From Humisphaera borealis (GTDB lineage: Bacteria; Planctomycetota; Phycisphaerae; Tepidisphaerales; Tepidisphaeraceae), in the NCBI RefSeq assembly GCF_015169395.1, contig NZ_CP063458.1, forward strand, positions 6,901,954 to 6,965,953: a stretch of 64,000 nucleotides of DNA, given 5' to 3'. A program made the translations under genes and the position numbers. Below the pieces are notes generated by a model. It was not told the DNA's origin. It ran no database searches and saw nothing but the letters and a program-made list of their open reading frames with translations. Positions 31,197 through 40,858 of the stretch are shown piece after piece (position 1 is the first letter of the stretch; each line of letters starts with the position of its first letter).

Positions 31197-31244
31197 CCTC
31201 TCCCCGGTACTCGAGGGAGAGGGCTGGGGTGAGGGGCCGTACGT
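31197..31244. repeat. family A element, third (single-arm) copy
   Basis: CCCTCTCCCCGGTACTCGAGGGAGAGGGCTGGGGTGAGGGGCCGTACGT directly upstream of the start of the 612-aa zinc-ribbon gene. The following ~20 bp also resemble the loop of the 10.3-kb copy. Confidence 0.7.
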
Positions 31245-31272
31245 CAGGCGTTGCCCCCGCTCAGTTCGTCCT

Positions 31273-31418
31273 CAACTGTCATCCTGAGGTACTCCGAAGG
31301 ACCTGGTATCCGAGCCGAGTAAGTATCGAACGTCGAAAACCGAACGTGTGCGGTTTGGGGTTCGATGGCGGTCTGCTTGGGATAGAAGGTCTTTCGGAGT
31401 ACCTCAGGATGACAACTG
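31273..31418. repeat. family F MITE-like element with 31-bp terminal inverted repeats
   Basis: CAACTGTCATCCTGAGGTACTCCGAAGGACC ... GGTCTTTCGGAGTACCTCAGGATGACAACTG flanking ~85 bp. Related outer arms surround the family C copy at 45.7 kb. Confidence 0.75.
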
Positions 31419-31433
31419 CGGTCCCCGGGTCGA

Positions 31434-32567
31434 TCACACCATTTTCAGCAGCTCGGACTTCTTCGCGTCGAACTCGGCCTGCGTGATCGCACCCAGGTCG
31501 AGCAGTTCCTTGAGCTGCTTGATGCGGGCGACGGCATCGGCGCTGCTGACGGCCGGGTTCGTTGCGGCATGCGGGCTTCCGCCCGCGGCTGTGATCGGAG
31601 CTGATGGTGAGCTTGCGGCTTGCGGCATAAATGCATCCCGCATCATCTGCGCTGCCGCAAGGCTCGCACCGAGCTGCATGCCTGCACCCAACGCGCCGCC
31701 GCTTCCGCCTCCGCCCACGTCGGCTCCGCCGCCTTTTTCGGCCATGGTCTTGAGCGCATCGGTCGTGCCGACGTCGCGGTAGGTCGTGCCGGCCGAGCTG
31801 AGCGCCGCCGCACCGGCGGCCTTGGCTTCCAGGTCGAACTGCGTGGCCCGTGCCTTGGCGAAACCCTGGCTAGTGATCTTCGCGCTGTCGGCGATCATGC
31901 CGGCGATGTCTTCGGTCGGGGTGACGGCGTTGACCGACAGGTCGGTCAACTCCAGCCCCATCGCCGAAAACTCGACCGCGAGCAGGCCCTTCACGCCCTG
32001 GCCCAGCTCTCGGTAGTAGCGGGCGATCTCGGCCATCGGCCGGCCGAGGGAGGCGATGCCGTCGGTGAGAGCGGACACCAGGTACTGATCGCGCAGGAAC
32101 GCTTCCAGGTCGGTCGTCTTCAGTTGCCCGCGCGTGCCGAGCATTTTCGTGACGAAGATCGCCGGGTCCGCCACCTGCACGGCGAATCGGCCGTGGGCGC
32201 GGATGGAGATCTGCTGCATGACCGGGTCGGGGATGTAGATCGGTTCGGGCGTGCCCCAGCGCAGGTCGCGGAACAGGTGCCGGCCGACGAAGAAGACCTC
32301 GGCCTTGAAGGGCGTATTGCCGCTGCCGAAGACCAGCCCGGTGACGAACTTCGTCAGCACCGGGATGTTCTGGGTCGTCAGCGTGTAGCGGCCGGGGTTG
32401 AATGCGGCGGCGAGCTGCCCGTCTTTCAGGAAGAGCGCGGTCTGCCCCTCTCGAACAACAAGCTGCGAGCCCCATTCGATGACGGCATCGCCGTCCGGCG
32501 GAAGCCGAACCGCCATGGTGTCGCCGACGGCATCTTGATACTCGAGGATTTTGAAGATCTGGGGCAT
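31434..32567 (-). CDS. SPFH/Band_7_1 family protein with C-terminal SHOCT domain
   Basis: N-terminal block EYQDAVGDTMAVRLPPDGDAVIEWGSQLVVREGQTALFLKDGQ...FNPGRYTLTTQNIPVLT typical of Band_7_1 (PF13421). Gly/Ala-rich linker. C-terminal VARIKQLKELLDLGAITQAEFDAKKSELL equals a SHOCT motif. Confidence 0.75.
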   Translation of the reverse strand: MPQIFKILEYQDAVGDTMAVRLPPDGDAVIEWGSQLVVREGQTALFLKDGQLAAAFNPGRYTLTTQNIPVLTKFVTGLVFGSGNTPFKAEVFFVGRHLFRDLRWGTPEPIYIPDPVMQQISIRAHGRFAVQVADPAIFVTKMLGTRGQLKTTDLEAFLRDQYLVSALTDGIASLGRPMAEIARYYRELGQGVKGLLAVEFSAMGLELTDLSVNAVTPTEDIAGMIADSAKITSQGFAKARATQFDLEAKAAGAAALSSAGTTYRDVGTTDALKTMAEKGGGADVGGGGSGGALGAGMQLGASLAAAQMMRDAFMPQAASSPSAPITAAGGSPHAATNPAVSSADAVARIKQLKELLDLGAITQAEFDAKKSELLKMV

Positions 32568-32640
32568 GGGAGTGGGGTAAGAAGTCGGGAGTCAGAAGTC
32601 GGGAGGTTGTTCTGCCTTCGGACTTCCGACTACTGACTAC

Positions 32641-32985
32641 TTAGTTCGAAATATACACCGGCCGAATCACCTCGACAGGGGACTGGCGGATCGCTTCTTC
32701 GATCTCGGCGAGGACCCAGGCGACGCGGGAGACCGATTCGCGGTCGTCAACGCGGGCCAGGCTCACCGCTCGCACGAGCCGTTCGAGGTGTCCCTGCAGG
32801 CGATTGGCGATGCCCTGCTGGCGGGCCGTGGGAAGGGTGAGGGTCGCACCGACGCGGGCCATCCGGCCTGACAGCCGTTCAATCATCTTCTGGGCCGGTT
32901 CGTCGAGGAAGCGACCGGCGAGCATGGCCATGGCGTCCAGGCGGGTACGCTGCTGAAGGATCAGGTCGGAAATCGAACGTTCCAT
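32641..32985 (-). CDS. hypothetical small helical protein (114 aa), first gene of putative operon with SPFH gene
   Basis: Same strand, 73-bp gap to the SPFH gene. Coding-type codon bias. Confidence 0.45.
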   Translation of the reverse strand: MERSISDLILQQRTRLDAMAMLAGRFLDEPAQKMIERLSGRMARVGATLTLPTARQQGIANRLQGHLERLVRAVSLARVDDRESVSRVAWVLAEIEEAIRQSPVEVIRPVYISN

Positions 32986-33255
32986 GGTGCTAGCCTCCGT
33001 CTCTCCTGCATCGACCGATTGTGGCAGCGCCTGAGGCTGCCACGCATCGCTGATGTAACGTACTTCTCCGGTCGGTCACGCGCGGAGCCTTAAACGGGGC
33101 ATCGAGGAGTGGCGGAAACTGGCGGGAGGGCCCCTGAACCTGGAGATCGCGAGCCGCCGGGAGCCGATGCAGGCCGCTGCTCGTCAACCTGTCGGGCACT
33201 TATCGATTGATATCAATCTCAACCAAAGCTCATGCCGTGATGTATCAACGAGCAG

Positions 33256-35846
33256 ATGCGCTTCGGGTTTACCCAATTTCTGATGCTGTTGTCCCTCGGG
33301 GGAGCGTCGGCTTTCGGATCGGTCGAGCCGACAATGCCGCCGGCCGGCAAATCGCTGGAGTTCTTCGAAAACAAGATCCGCCCGGTCCTGGTCGAGCACT
33401 GCTATCAGTGTCATAGCGCCCAGTCCGAGAAACTAAAGGCCGGCCTGCACCTGGATTCGCGGGATGGCCTGATGAAGGGGGCGACTCGGGCTCGGCACTG
33501 GACCTGGCCAACCCGGACAAAAGCCTGCTCATCCGAGCGTTGCGGCACGATGACGAGATCGACCTGCGGATGCCGCCGAAGCTCAGGTTGCCGGACGTGG
33601 TCACGGCGGACTTCGTGAAGTGGGTGAAGCTGGGGGCTCCCTGGCCGGCGCAGGCGGTCGTCGCGGCGGCCCCCCGGGCCGCGTTGGACCCGGCGGCCGC
33701 CCGTAAGTCGCATTGGGCGTGGCAACCGCTCCGCAAGCCGGCTGTGCCCTCGGCCGATCCGGCCTGGGTCCGGACGCCGATCGACGCCTTTATCTTCGAT
33801 AAGCTGCAAGCCAAAGGGCTTCGGCCGTCGCCGCCGGCAGAGCGACGGACGTTGCTCCGGCGCGTCTACCTCGACCTGATCGGCCTGCCGCCTTCACCCG
33901 ACGAGGTGCAGAAGTTCCTGGCCGATTCGTCGCCGACGGCGATGGAGAAGGTCGTCGATGACCTGTTGTCGCGGCCGCAGTATGGCGAGCGGTGGGGCCG
34001 GCACTGGCTGGATATCGCCCGCTACGCCGAAAGCCAGGGCTACGAGCGGGACGAGCCCAAGCCCTTCACCTGGCGGTACCGGGACTATGTCATCCGGGCG
34101 CTCAACGAAGATAAGCCGTACGATCGATTCGTGTTCGAGCAGCTGGCAGGAGATGAGATTCCCGGGGCCGATCTCAACACGCAGGCCGCGGCGACGTTTC
34201 TTCGCCTGGGCATCTTCGACACGATCGCCGCCGACGGAAAGGTCGCCCGTTACGACCAGCTCGACGATGTCGTCGGTACGGTGACGGCGGCGTTTCTCGG
34301 GCAGAGCCTGCGGTGTGCCCGTTGCCACAATCACAAGTTCGAACCCTACTCGCAGACTGATTATTATCGCATCCTGGCGGTGTTCGATCCGCTGAGCACC
34401 GACAGGCCTCGCGAAACCCGGCTGGCCGGTTCGAAGGCGGAACTGGCCGATTACGAGAAGGCGCTCGCCGCGTTCGAACTGGAGATCGCGCCGCTTCAGG
34501 ACAAGCTTGATGCCGAGCGCGTTGCGATCCTGGAGCCGCTGGGTGCCGGCTACTACTCGGACAAGTCGAAGGAGCGAACCCCGCGCGACGAGAAGAAGCC
34601 GCGTGTCTCCCAGGAGGTGCTGTCGGCTTTCAAGACACCGCCGGCCAAACGAGACGCGACGGAGCGCGAGCTGGTCGAAAAGAACCGTCGGCGTCTGGGG
34701 GACGAGATTCGCAAACTGGCGACCGCCGATCAGCGCAAGGCCGACGAGGCGTCGCAGAAGGCGATCGACCAGTTGGAAGCGAAGAAGCCGAAGGGGCCAC
34801 AGGTTTACCTGTTCACGGAGACGGCCAAGCCGCTATCGACCAAGCTGTTCCTTCGCGGCGACCCGCACAAGATCGGCCCGACGGTCGAGGTCGGCCTGCC
34901 GCCACTCTGGGGCGGTAGTCCTCAGGCGACGCCAGCACCGGTGACCCAGGACGTTCTGACCCCATCGAGCGGCCGGCGCACCTGGCTGGCGAACTGGATG
35001 ATCACCGACGGCAAGGGCACGCTAGCCCGCGTGATCGCCAATCGCGTCTGGCAGTACCACTTCGGCCGGGGGATCGTCGCGACGAGTAATGATTTCGGTT
35101 TGGCCGGCGACAAGCCGACCCATCCGGAGCTACTGGACTGGCTCGCGGCCGACCTGATCGACGGCGGATGGAAGCTCAAGCGGCTGCACCGGCAGATCGT
35201 ATTGTCGGCGGTCTATCAGCAGTCGGCGGGCTATGCGCAGATCCCTGATGCCGACCCGGATAACGACCTGCTGTGGCGCTGGCCGACGCGTCGGCTGGAG
35301 TCCGAGGCGATTCGCGATTCGATGCTCGCCGTCAGCGGCAAGCTCAACCCCGAGATGTTCGGCCCGCCGATCTTCCCGCCGGCGGCGCAGCGTGTCGTCG
35401 GCACGTCGGCCCAGAGCGACTGGGGCAACAGCGACGATCGGGAAGCATCTCGGCGAAGCGTTTACGTCTTTCAGAAGCGATCGATCCCACTGCCGGAACT
35501 CGAGATTCTGGGTATCCCCGATTCGACGATGAGTACCGATGTTCGGCCGGTGGCGACGACCGCGCTGCAGGCACTGCTGCTGATGAACAGTCGATTCGCC
35601 AGCGAGCAGGCGGCAACCCTCGCCGAGCGGGTAGCGAAAGAAGCGGGGAACGATCCGACAGCGCAGGTGAACCGGGCGTTCGAACTGGCGATGGCCCGCC
35701 CGCCAAGGACGGAAGAGCTCGAAGCGGCGCTGGCGTATCTGGCGACGTCGGCGGAGCCGGAGATCAAGGCATCGGTGAAGCTGTCGCCGCTGGGATCGTT
35801 CTGTCTGGTGCTGCTGAACAGCAACGAGTTCTTGTACGTGAATTAG
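33256..35846 (+). CDS. PSCyt1/PSCyt2/PSD1 (DUF1549/DUF1553) planctomycete giant protein; reading frame interrupted by -1 frameshift in G5 run at ~33477-33481
   Basis: Frame 1 encodes a signal peptide plus the CxxCH PSCyt1 start ([25 protein letters not shown]...LMKG). The continuation [34 protein letters not shown] and the rest of the protein ([14 protein letters not shown]... PSD1) are in frame 0. Inserting one G restores a canonical ~863-aa protein. Confidence 0.8.
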
Positions 35847-35873
35847 TCGCTGTTTCGAAACGGCCTTCATCTG

Positions 35874-35965
35874 GGTGCCATGGGCTGGCGTACTCGCCTG
35901 CCCGTGGCGGCGACATCGCAGTCATGCGACGCCACGGGCAGCGGAGTACCGTAGCCCATGCCACC
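35874..35965. repeat. family B palindromic element, copy 2
   Basis: ~85% identical to the 12563-12654 copy. Lies between the PSD1 and DUF1501 genes and contributes an in-frame ATG to the track ORF. Confidence 0.8.
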
Positions 35966-36001
35966 CAAACTCGGTTCTTTCGCCTACGTCTGAGGAATAC
36001 A

Positions 36002-37468
36002 GTGCCCGACCCACTCAATCCCAACTTCCCCTGCGGCATCACCCGGCGGCAAGCCATCTGGCAGGCCGGTGCCGGGTTCTTCGGCACGGCGATGGCCGCG
36101 ATGCTCGCCAGGGACGGGTTCTTTCCCGCGCGTGCCATGGGCGCGTCCCTCACGCCCGCGTCGCAGCCGACCAACCTCGCCCTTGCACCGCTCGCGGCCC
36201 GTCAGCCGCACTTTGCTGCCAAGGCCAAGCGCGTCATCTTCCTCTATATGGTCGGCGGGCCTTCGCACCTTGATACCTTTGACCCCAAGCCCGAGCTCGT
36301 CAAACGCCACGGCCAGAAGCAGTCGCTGGGCAGCGACAACGAACGGGCCACCAGCCAGAAAGCCAGTGGCGAACTCAAGGGCGCACCCTGGAAGTTTCCC
36401 AAGTGCGGCAAGTCGGGTGTCGAAGTGTCGGAACTCTTCAGCCACGTCGGCAAATGCGTGGACGATATTGCCGTCGTGCGATCGATGACGGCCGACTCGG
36501 CGGCACACGGGTCGGCGTCGATCCAGATGAACACCGGGCACATACGGCCGGGCTTTCCGAGCATGGGTTCATGGGCGGCGTACGGACTGGGCACACTGAA
36601 TCAGAACATGCCGGCGTTCGTGGTGCTGGTGAATGGTGCGCCTTACTCGGGCGCGCAGAACTGGTCGGCCGGGTTCATGCCGGCCGCGTTCCAGGGGACG
36701 GTCTTCGGAGCGACCGGCGACCCGATCCTCAACCTTCGTCCGGCATCCGGCGTTTCGCCGGAACACCAGCGACGGCAGATCGATCTGCTCACGAAGCTCA
36801 ACGAAGGTCATCGCCAGGCCGAGCCCCTGAACACTGAGCTGGCGGCGCGGATCGCGAACTACGAGCTCGCGTTCCGCATGCAGGCCAACGCGCCCGAGGT
36901 GATCGACTTCGGCCAGGAATCGCCGGCAACTCTCGATCAGTACGGCATCGAAGGGGACACGAAGAAAGAAACCGAAAAGTTCGGCCGAAGCTGCCTGATG
37001 GCCCGGCGGCTTGTCGAGCGTGGCGTGCGGTTCGTGCAGATCTATCACTCGAACTGGGACACCCACGGCGACAACGACAAACGTCACCAGAAGCTTTGTG
37101 GCGAAACCGACAAACCGATCGCCGGCCTGCTGACCGATCTCAAACAGCGAGGTTTGCTCGAAGACACGCTGGTTGTCTGGGGCGGAGAGTTCGGCCGAAC
37201 GCCGGTCGGCACCGGCGGACGCGACCATCACGCCGCGGCGTTCAGCATGTGGATGGCCGGCGGCGGGGCGAAGGGTGGCCAGGCCTACGGCGTGACCGAT
37301 GATTTCGGCTTTGCTGTCGCCGAGAACCGGGTTCATGTTCACGACCTGCACGCGACCATCCTGCACCTGCTGGGCTTCGATCACGAACTGCTGACTTACT
37401 TCCACAGTGGTCGCAACTTCCGCCTGACTGATGTTAGCGGGCGGGTGGTGAAGGAACTGATCGCATAG
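36002..37468 (+). CDS. DUF1501 protein (Tat signal), downstream partner of the PSD1 gene
   Basis: GTG start 4 nt after GAGGAA RBS. Tat motif ITRRQAIWQAGAGFFGT. Conserved DUF1501 blocks (FLYMVGGPSHLDTFDPKPEL, GRDHHAAAFSMWMAGGG). Confidence 0.8.
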   Translation: MPDPLNPNFPCGITRRQAIWQAGAGFFGTAMAAMLARDGFFPARAMGASLTPASQPTNLALAPLAARQPHFAAKAKRVIFLYMVGGPSHLDTFDPKPELVKRHGQKQSLGSDNERATSQKASGELKGAPWKFPKCGKSGVEVSELFSHVGKCVDDIAVVRSMTADSAAHGSASIQMNTGHIRPGFPSMGSWAAYGLGTLNQNMPAFVVLVNGAPYSGAQNWSAGFMPAAFQGTVFGATGDPILNLRPASGVSPEHQRRQIDLLTKLNEGHRQAEPLNTELAARIANYELAFRMQANAPEVIDFGQESPATLDQYGIEGDTKKETEKFGRSCLMARRLVERGVRFVQIYHSNWDTHGDNDKRHQKLCGETDKPIAGLLTDLKQRGLLEDTLVVWGGEFGRTPVGTGGRDHHAAAFSMWMAGGGAKGGQAYGVTDDFGFAVAENRVHVHDLHATILHLLGFDHELLTYFHSGRNFRLTDVSGRVVKELIA

Positions 37469-37506
37469 CCGCCGTAGAATCCATCGCCGCTCAACAAGGA
37501 GTATCG

Positions 37507-37941
37507 ATGGACCCCCAATCCTGCCGCCTGCCGACGACGCCCGAACAGAGTGAAGAAGCCGTCATCCGCCGAATGTTGACAGCGAAGCGAATCGCCGTCG
37601 TCGGCTTGAGCGACGACCCGTACCGCGCCAGCCATGACGTCGCGTCTTACATGGCGTCGGCGGGCTATGAGATTGTTCCGGTCAATCCGACACTGGGTGA
37701 AGTCATGGGACGCCGCGCGTATGCATCGCTCGCGGAGGTGCCCGGCCCGATCGATCTTGTGAATGTTTTTCGCCGGCCCGAGCACTGCGCGGATGTCGTG
37801 CGGCATGCGATCGCGGCGGGGGCGAAGGGCGTCTGGCTGCAGCAGGGGATCGTTAGCGTTGAGGCCAGGCGACTGGCGGTTGAGGCGGGGATCGACTTTG
37901 TTCAGGACAGGTGCCTGAAGGTCGAGCACATGCGGCAGTAG
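37507..37941 (+). CDS. CoA-binding domain protein (YccU/YneT-like)
   Basis: IAVVGLSDDPYRASHDV...YEIVPVNP...VDLVNVFRRPE pattern typical of CoA_binding_2. Confidence 0.7.
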   Translation: MDPQSCRLPTTPEQSEEAVIRRMLTAKRIAVVGLSDDPYRASHDVASYMASAGYEIVPVNPTLGEVMGRRAYASLAEVPGPIDLVNVFRRPEHCADVVRHAIAAGAKGVWLQQGIVSVEARRLAVEAGIDFVQDRCLKVEHMRQ

Positions 37942-37990
37942 AGGTGGCATGCCCCGGCATGCCACCTGAGCGGTTTGAACCGATCATCCG

Positions 37991-38506
37991 TCAGTCGACC
38001 GCATTGGGTGTGAAGCTGATGAACACCAGGCGTCCGGCGGCTTCCTCGATGTTGAACTCGATCGACACCGCCGATGCCGCGGGATTGCTGATGCCGTAGT
38101 ACCAGACATCGCCGGACCAGGCGGCGTCGTTGTTGACCAGTTCGCCTTCGGTCAGGGCGCAGCGGGGTGGGCCGAAGACCGAGGCGATCGCCGCCCGGCT
38201 GGTGCCGATGATCGCGTCGGTCAGCAGCGGCATCGCCGACGCCATGCCCGGGCGAGGCTGTGACAAGGCCTTGCCGACGGGCCAGCCGAGCCGCTTGGCC
38301 ATGGTGCGAAAGTAGCGTCGCTGGGCGGAGTGAGTGGGGGACGACATTCCGGCCAGGGCACCGGCCATCCAAAGCGCCAACCGAGTGAAGTCGCCGACAG
38401 CGGGGAACTTGCTAAAGGTGCTCGCTTCTGACAGCGTGAATGAGGCGGGATCGAACGCGGATGCGGGGTCGGTCTCTGGCATCGTAAGGCTCGGGTCGGC
38501 AGACAA
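37991..38506 (-). CDS. hypothetical protein
   Basis: 171-aa ORF with strong GC3 coding bias; no recognisable domain. Confidence 0.4.
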   Translation of the reverse strand: MSADPSLTMPETDPASAFDPASFTLSEASTFSKFPAVGDFTRLALWMAGALAGMSSPTHSAQRRYFRTMAKRLGWPVGKALSQPRPGMASAMPLLTDAIIGTSRAAIASVFGPPRCALTEGELVNNDAAWSGDVWYYGISNPAASAVSIEFNIEEAAGRLVFISFTPNAVD

Positions 38507-39080
38507 CCGGGGTTTAACTGACTCGCCGGGCCGAAGGCTGAGTCAACCGCCTATCAATCGGCTGACGTGCCTCAATTCGATAAACCTTTTGTCAGGGGCC
38601 GGGCGGGTGACGTGCTTGCGCTGCTCACGTGGTCACAAAACGGCATCGGCCGGTGCTTTGACGTGCGTGCGGGGGCGCGCAGGCGTTGCGGATTCCCCGC
38701 ATTGCCATCGATTCCTCGGGAACCTGCGCGATTTCGGAACGCCCCAATTTGCATTGGCAAGACGGGACGAGTTTTCCAGCGGTAGGGGGAGTTTGCTCCG
38801 CCGGCGACCTCTACGCAATGGAAAACCCGACCTCGCGGCCGGGTGAGCTCACATCGTAAGTCACTGCCGGTCAAAGAACAGAAACCTTTGCTTGCCTGGA
38901 ACCGGAGTGCTTCAAATGCTGACTGCGTTGACGACGATCGACCTGAACGACTGCGATATCCAAACGGCGTTGCCAGCGCCGCGAGTTGCCCGCCCGGTGC
39001 CGCTCACTTCGCCCGCCGCGATTCACTTTCCCGTCCTTTCTGCAGAAGGGTTGGGTTGGCCGCGGGAGGTCAACCTGATC

Positions 39081-39416
39081 ATGTCATCGCTCGATGCGGC
39101 GCAATGCCGGGCGGGCCACGAACGCCGGGAACGCGCTCGTCGGCGTTACCGGGTGGCGGTCCGGGTTCGGCTCTTCGGGATGCCCCAGGACCTGCCGCCC
39201 CAGGTGCTGTATTCGCGCGATCTGCACACCCGGGGGATGGGATTTGTAACCCGCGAGATGTTGCCGGTAGGTCGTGGTGGTGCGGTTGAAATCCCCACGG
39301 CCGACGGCGCGCCGCTCAGGGCGTCGATCACCGTGGTGCGATGCCGGGACATCGGTTTGGGCTGGTTCGAAGGATCACTCCACTTCGTCCGCGACCTTTT
39401 TGACCTGCCGCGATGA
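39081..39416 (+). CDS. PilZ-domain c-di-GMP-binding protein
   Basis: RRERARRRYRVAV (RxxxR) and DLHTRGMGFVT (DxSxxG-like) motifs. GGGAGG RBS upstream of the ATG at MSSLD. The longer track ORF from 38892 is a possible alternative start. Confidence 0.55.
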   Translation: MSSLDAAQCRAGHERRERARRRYRVAVRVRLFGMPQDLPPQVLYSRDLHTRGMGFVTREMLPVGRGGAVEIPTADGAPLRASITVVRCRDIGLGWFEGSLHFVRDLFDLPR

Positions 39417-39445
39417 CGAATAGATCATTCCGGTTTCAAGCGGTC

Positions 39446-40810
39446 TTAGTGGCCGGGCCCGACGGCGGTGGCGGCGGATTGGGGGTTTCGGGCATGGGCG
39501 ACGTACAGGATGATCATCCCCACCGCCGCGCTCGCCGCCGAGGCCGCCAGTACGCCTACCTTGGCCTCACTCAGAAGCTGTCCCTGTACCGCGAGCCCGG
39601 CAATGAATAACGCCATGGTAAAGCCGATTCCCGCCAGCACGCCGCCACCGACGATCTGTAGCCAGGACACGCCCGACGGAAGCTGGGCGATCCGAAGCTT
39701 CACGGCAAGATAGCTGACGGCGGCGATGCCGACCGGCTTGCCGAGGAAAAGCCCGGCCATGATCGCGACCGCGATCGGTTTGCCCAGATCTTCAGGACTA
39801 AAGGGCACGCCGGCGTTGGCGAGCGCAAACACCGGCATGATGACGAAACTCACCCAGGGATGCAGTACGTGCAGAAGAAACGACAGTGGCGAGACCATCT
39901 CTCGCGCCACCGTGTACCGCGATCGAATACGGCCGACGGTCTTTCCCTCGTCATTCCAGTCGTTGCGTTTCAGGGTGCTGGCAATGCGGTCAAGAAATCG
40001 TTTGGCCCCTTCGGTCCCCAGCGCGCGGTTGGCGGGTGTCATCAGTCCCAGGATCACTCCGGCGATCGTCGCGTGCACGCCGGACTCGTGGAAGGCAAAC
40101 CAGATGAAAGTGCCGACCACCGTGTAAACCGCGAAACTGCGTATACCAAGCCGCCCCATGAGGAAGACGAGTACAAACCCCGCCAGGCCGATCGCGAGCC
40201 AGCCCATGCTCAGCGAAGCGGTGTACCCCACGGCGATCACCAGGATGGCGCCGATGTCGTCCGCGATCGCCAGTGACAGCAGCAGAACGCGGAGGCCGTG
40301 GGGCACCCTTCGTCCCAGCACGGCCATGCAGCCGACGACGAATGCGATGTCGGTCGCCATGGGAATGCCCCACCCGCGCCTGGCCTGAGGGTCACTGCCT
40401 TGCAGAAGCAGGAAGACGCCGGCCGGAACGATCATGCCGCCCAGCGCTGCGGCAAGCGGCAACGCCGCCTGGCGGATGCCGCGCAGTTCGCCGTGCACGA
40501 TCTCGCGTTTGACTTCCAGCCCGACGACGAAAAAGAAAATCGCCATCAGGCCGTCGTTGATCAGGTGATAAAGCGGATGGCGGAACTCGAACGTACCGAT
40601 TTGCAGGCCGACCGGAGTCTTCCAGAATCCCAGAAAGTCCTTCGATACAGGGGAGTTGGCCAGCGCAATCGCGACGATCGCCGAAATCAGCAGTACGACG
40701 CCGCCCATCGCCTCGACGTGCATGAACCGCGAAACCGGGCTGATGATGCGGTCGATCGGCCGTGGCGGAAGGAAACTTCCGCTTTCGTCGTGAGGGTTGT
40801 TTTCAACCAT
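39446..40810 (-). CDS. nhaA: Na+/H+ antiporter NhaA
   Basis: Near full-length similarity to NhaA (GGVVLLISAIVAIALANS, MAIFFFVVGLEVKREI, ATDIAFVVG, LAIADDIGAILVIA). The track start at 40849 is TTG; first ATG is at 40810. Confidence 0.85.
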   Translation of the reverse strand: MVENNPHDESGSFLPPRPIDRIISPVSRFMHVEAMGGVVLLISAIVAIALANSPVSKDFLGFWKTPVGLQIGTFEFRHPLYHLINDGLMAIFFFVVGLEVKREIVHGELRGIRQAALPLAAALGGMIVPAGVFLLLQGSDPQARRGWGIPMATDIAFVVGCMAVLGRRVPHGLRVLLLSLAIADDIGAILVIAVGYTASLSMGWLAIGLAGFVLVFLMGRLGIRSFAVYTVVGTFIWFAFHESGVHATIAGVILGLMTPANRALGTEGAKRFLDRIASTLKRNDWNDEGKTVGRIRSRYTVAREMVSPLSFLLHVLHPWVSFVIMPVFALANAGVPFSPEDLGKPIAVAIMAGLFLGKPVGIAAVSYLAVKLRIAQLPSGVSWLQIVGGGVLAGIGFTMALFIAGLAVQGQLLSEAKVGVLAASAASAAVGMIILYVAHARNPQSAATAVGPGH

Positions 40811-40858
40811 GGCTCGCAGTCCCGTCTCTGATCCGGAGGTGTGGTTCAAGGGGAGAGG

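Noticed and set aside
31620-32636. 338-aa plus-strand ORF
   Set aside because: Antisense to the SPFH gene.
35273-36001. N-terminal 243 aa of the 731-aa track ORF preceding the DUF1501 gene
   Set aside because: This portion overlaps the 3' end of the PSD1 gene in another frame and runs through a family B repeat. The GTG at 36002 with GAGGAA RBS gives a canonical Tat-signal start.
38507-38891. 385-bp gene-free region upstream of the PilZ gene containing a GTGACGTG...CACGTGGTCAC imperfect palindrome
   Set aside because: No recognisable RNA family or operator consensus. Left as an uncharacterised leader or promoter region.
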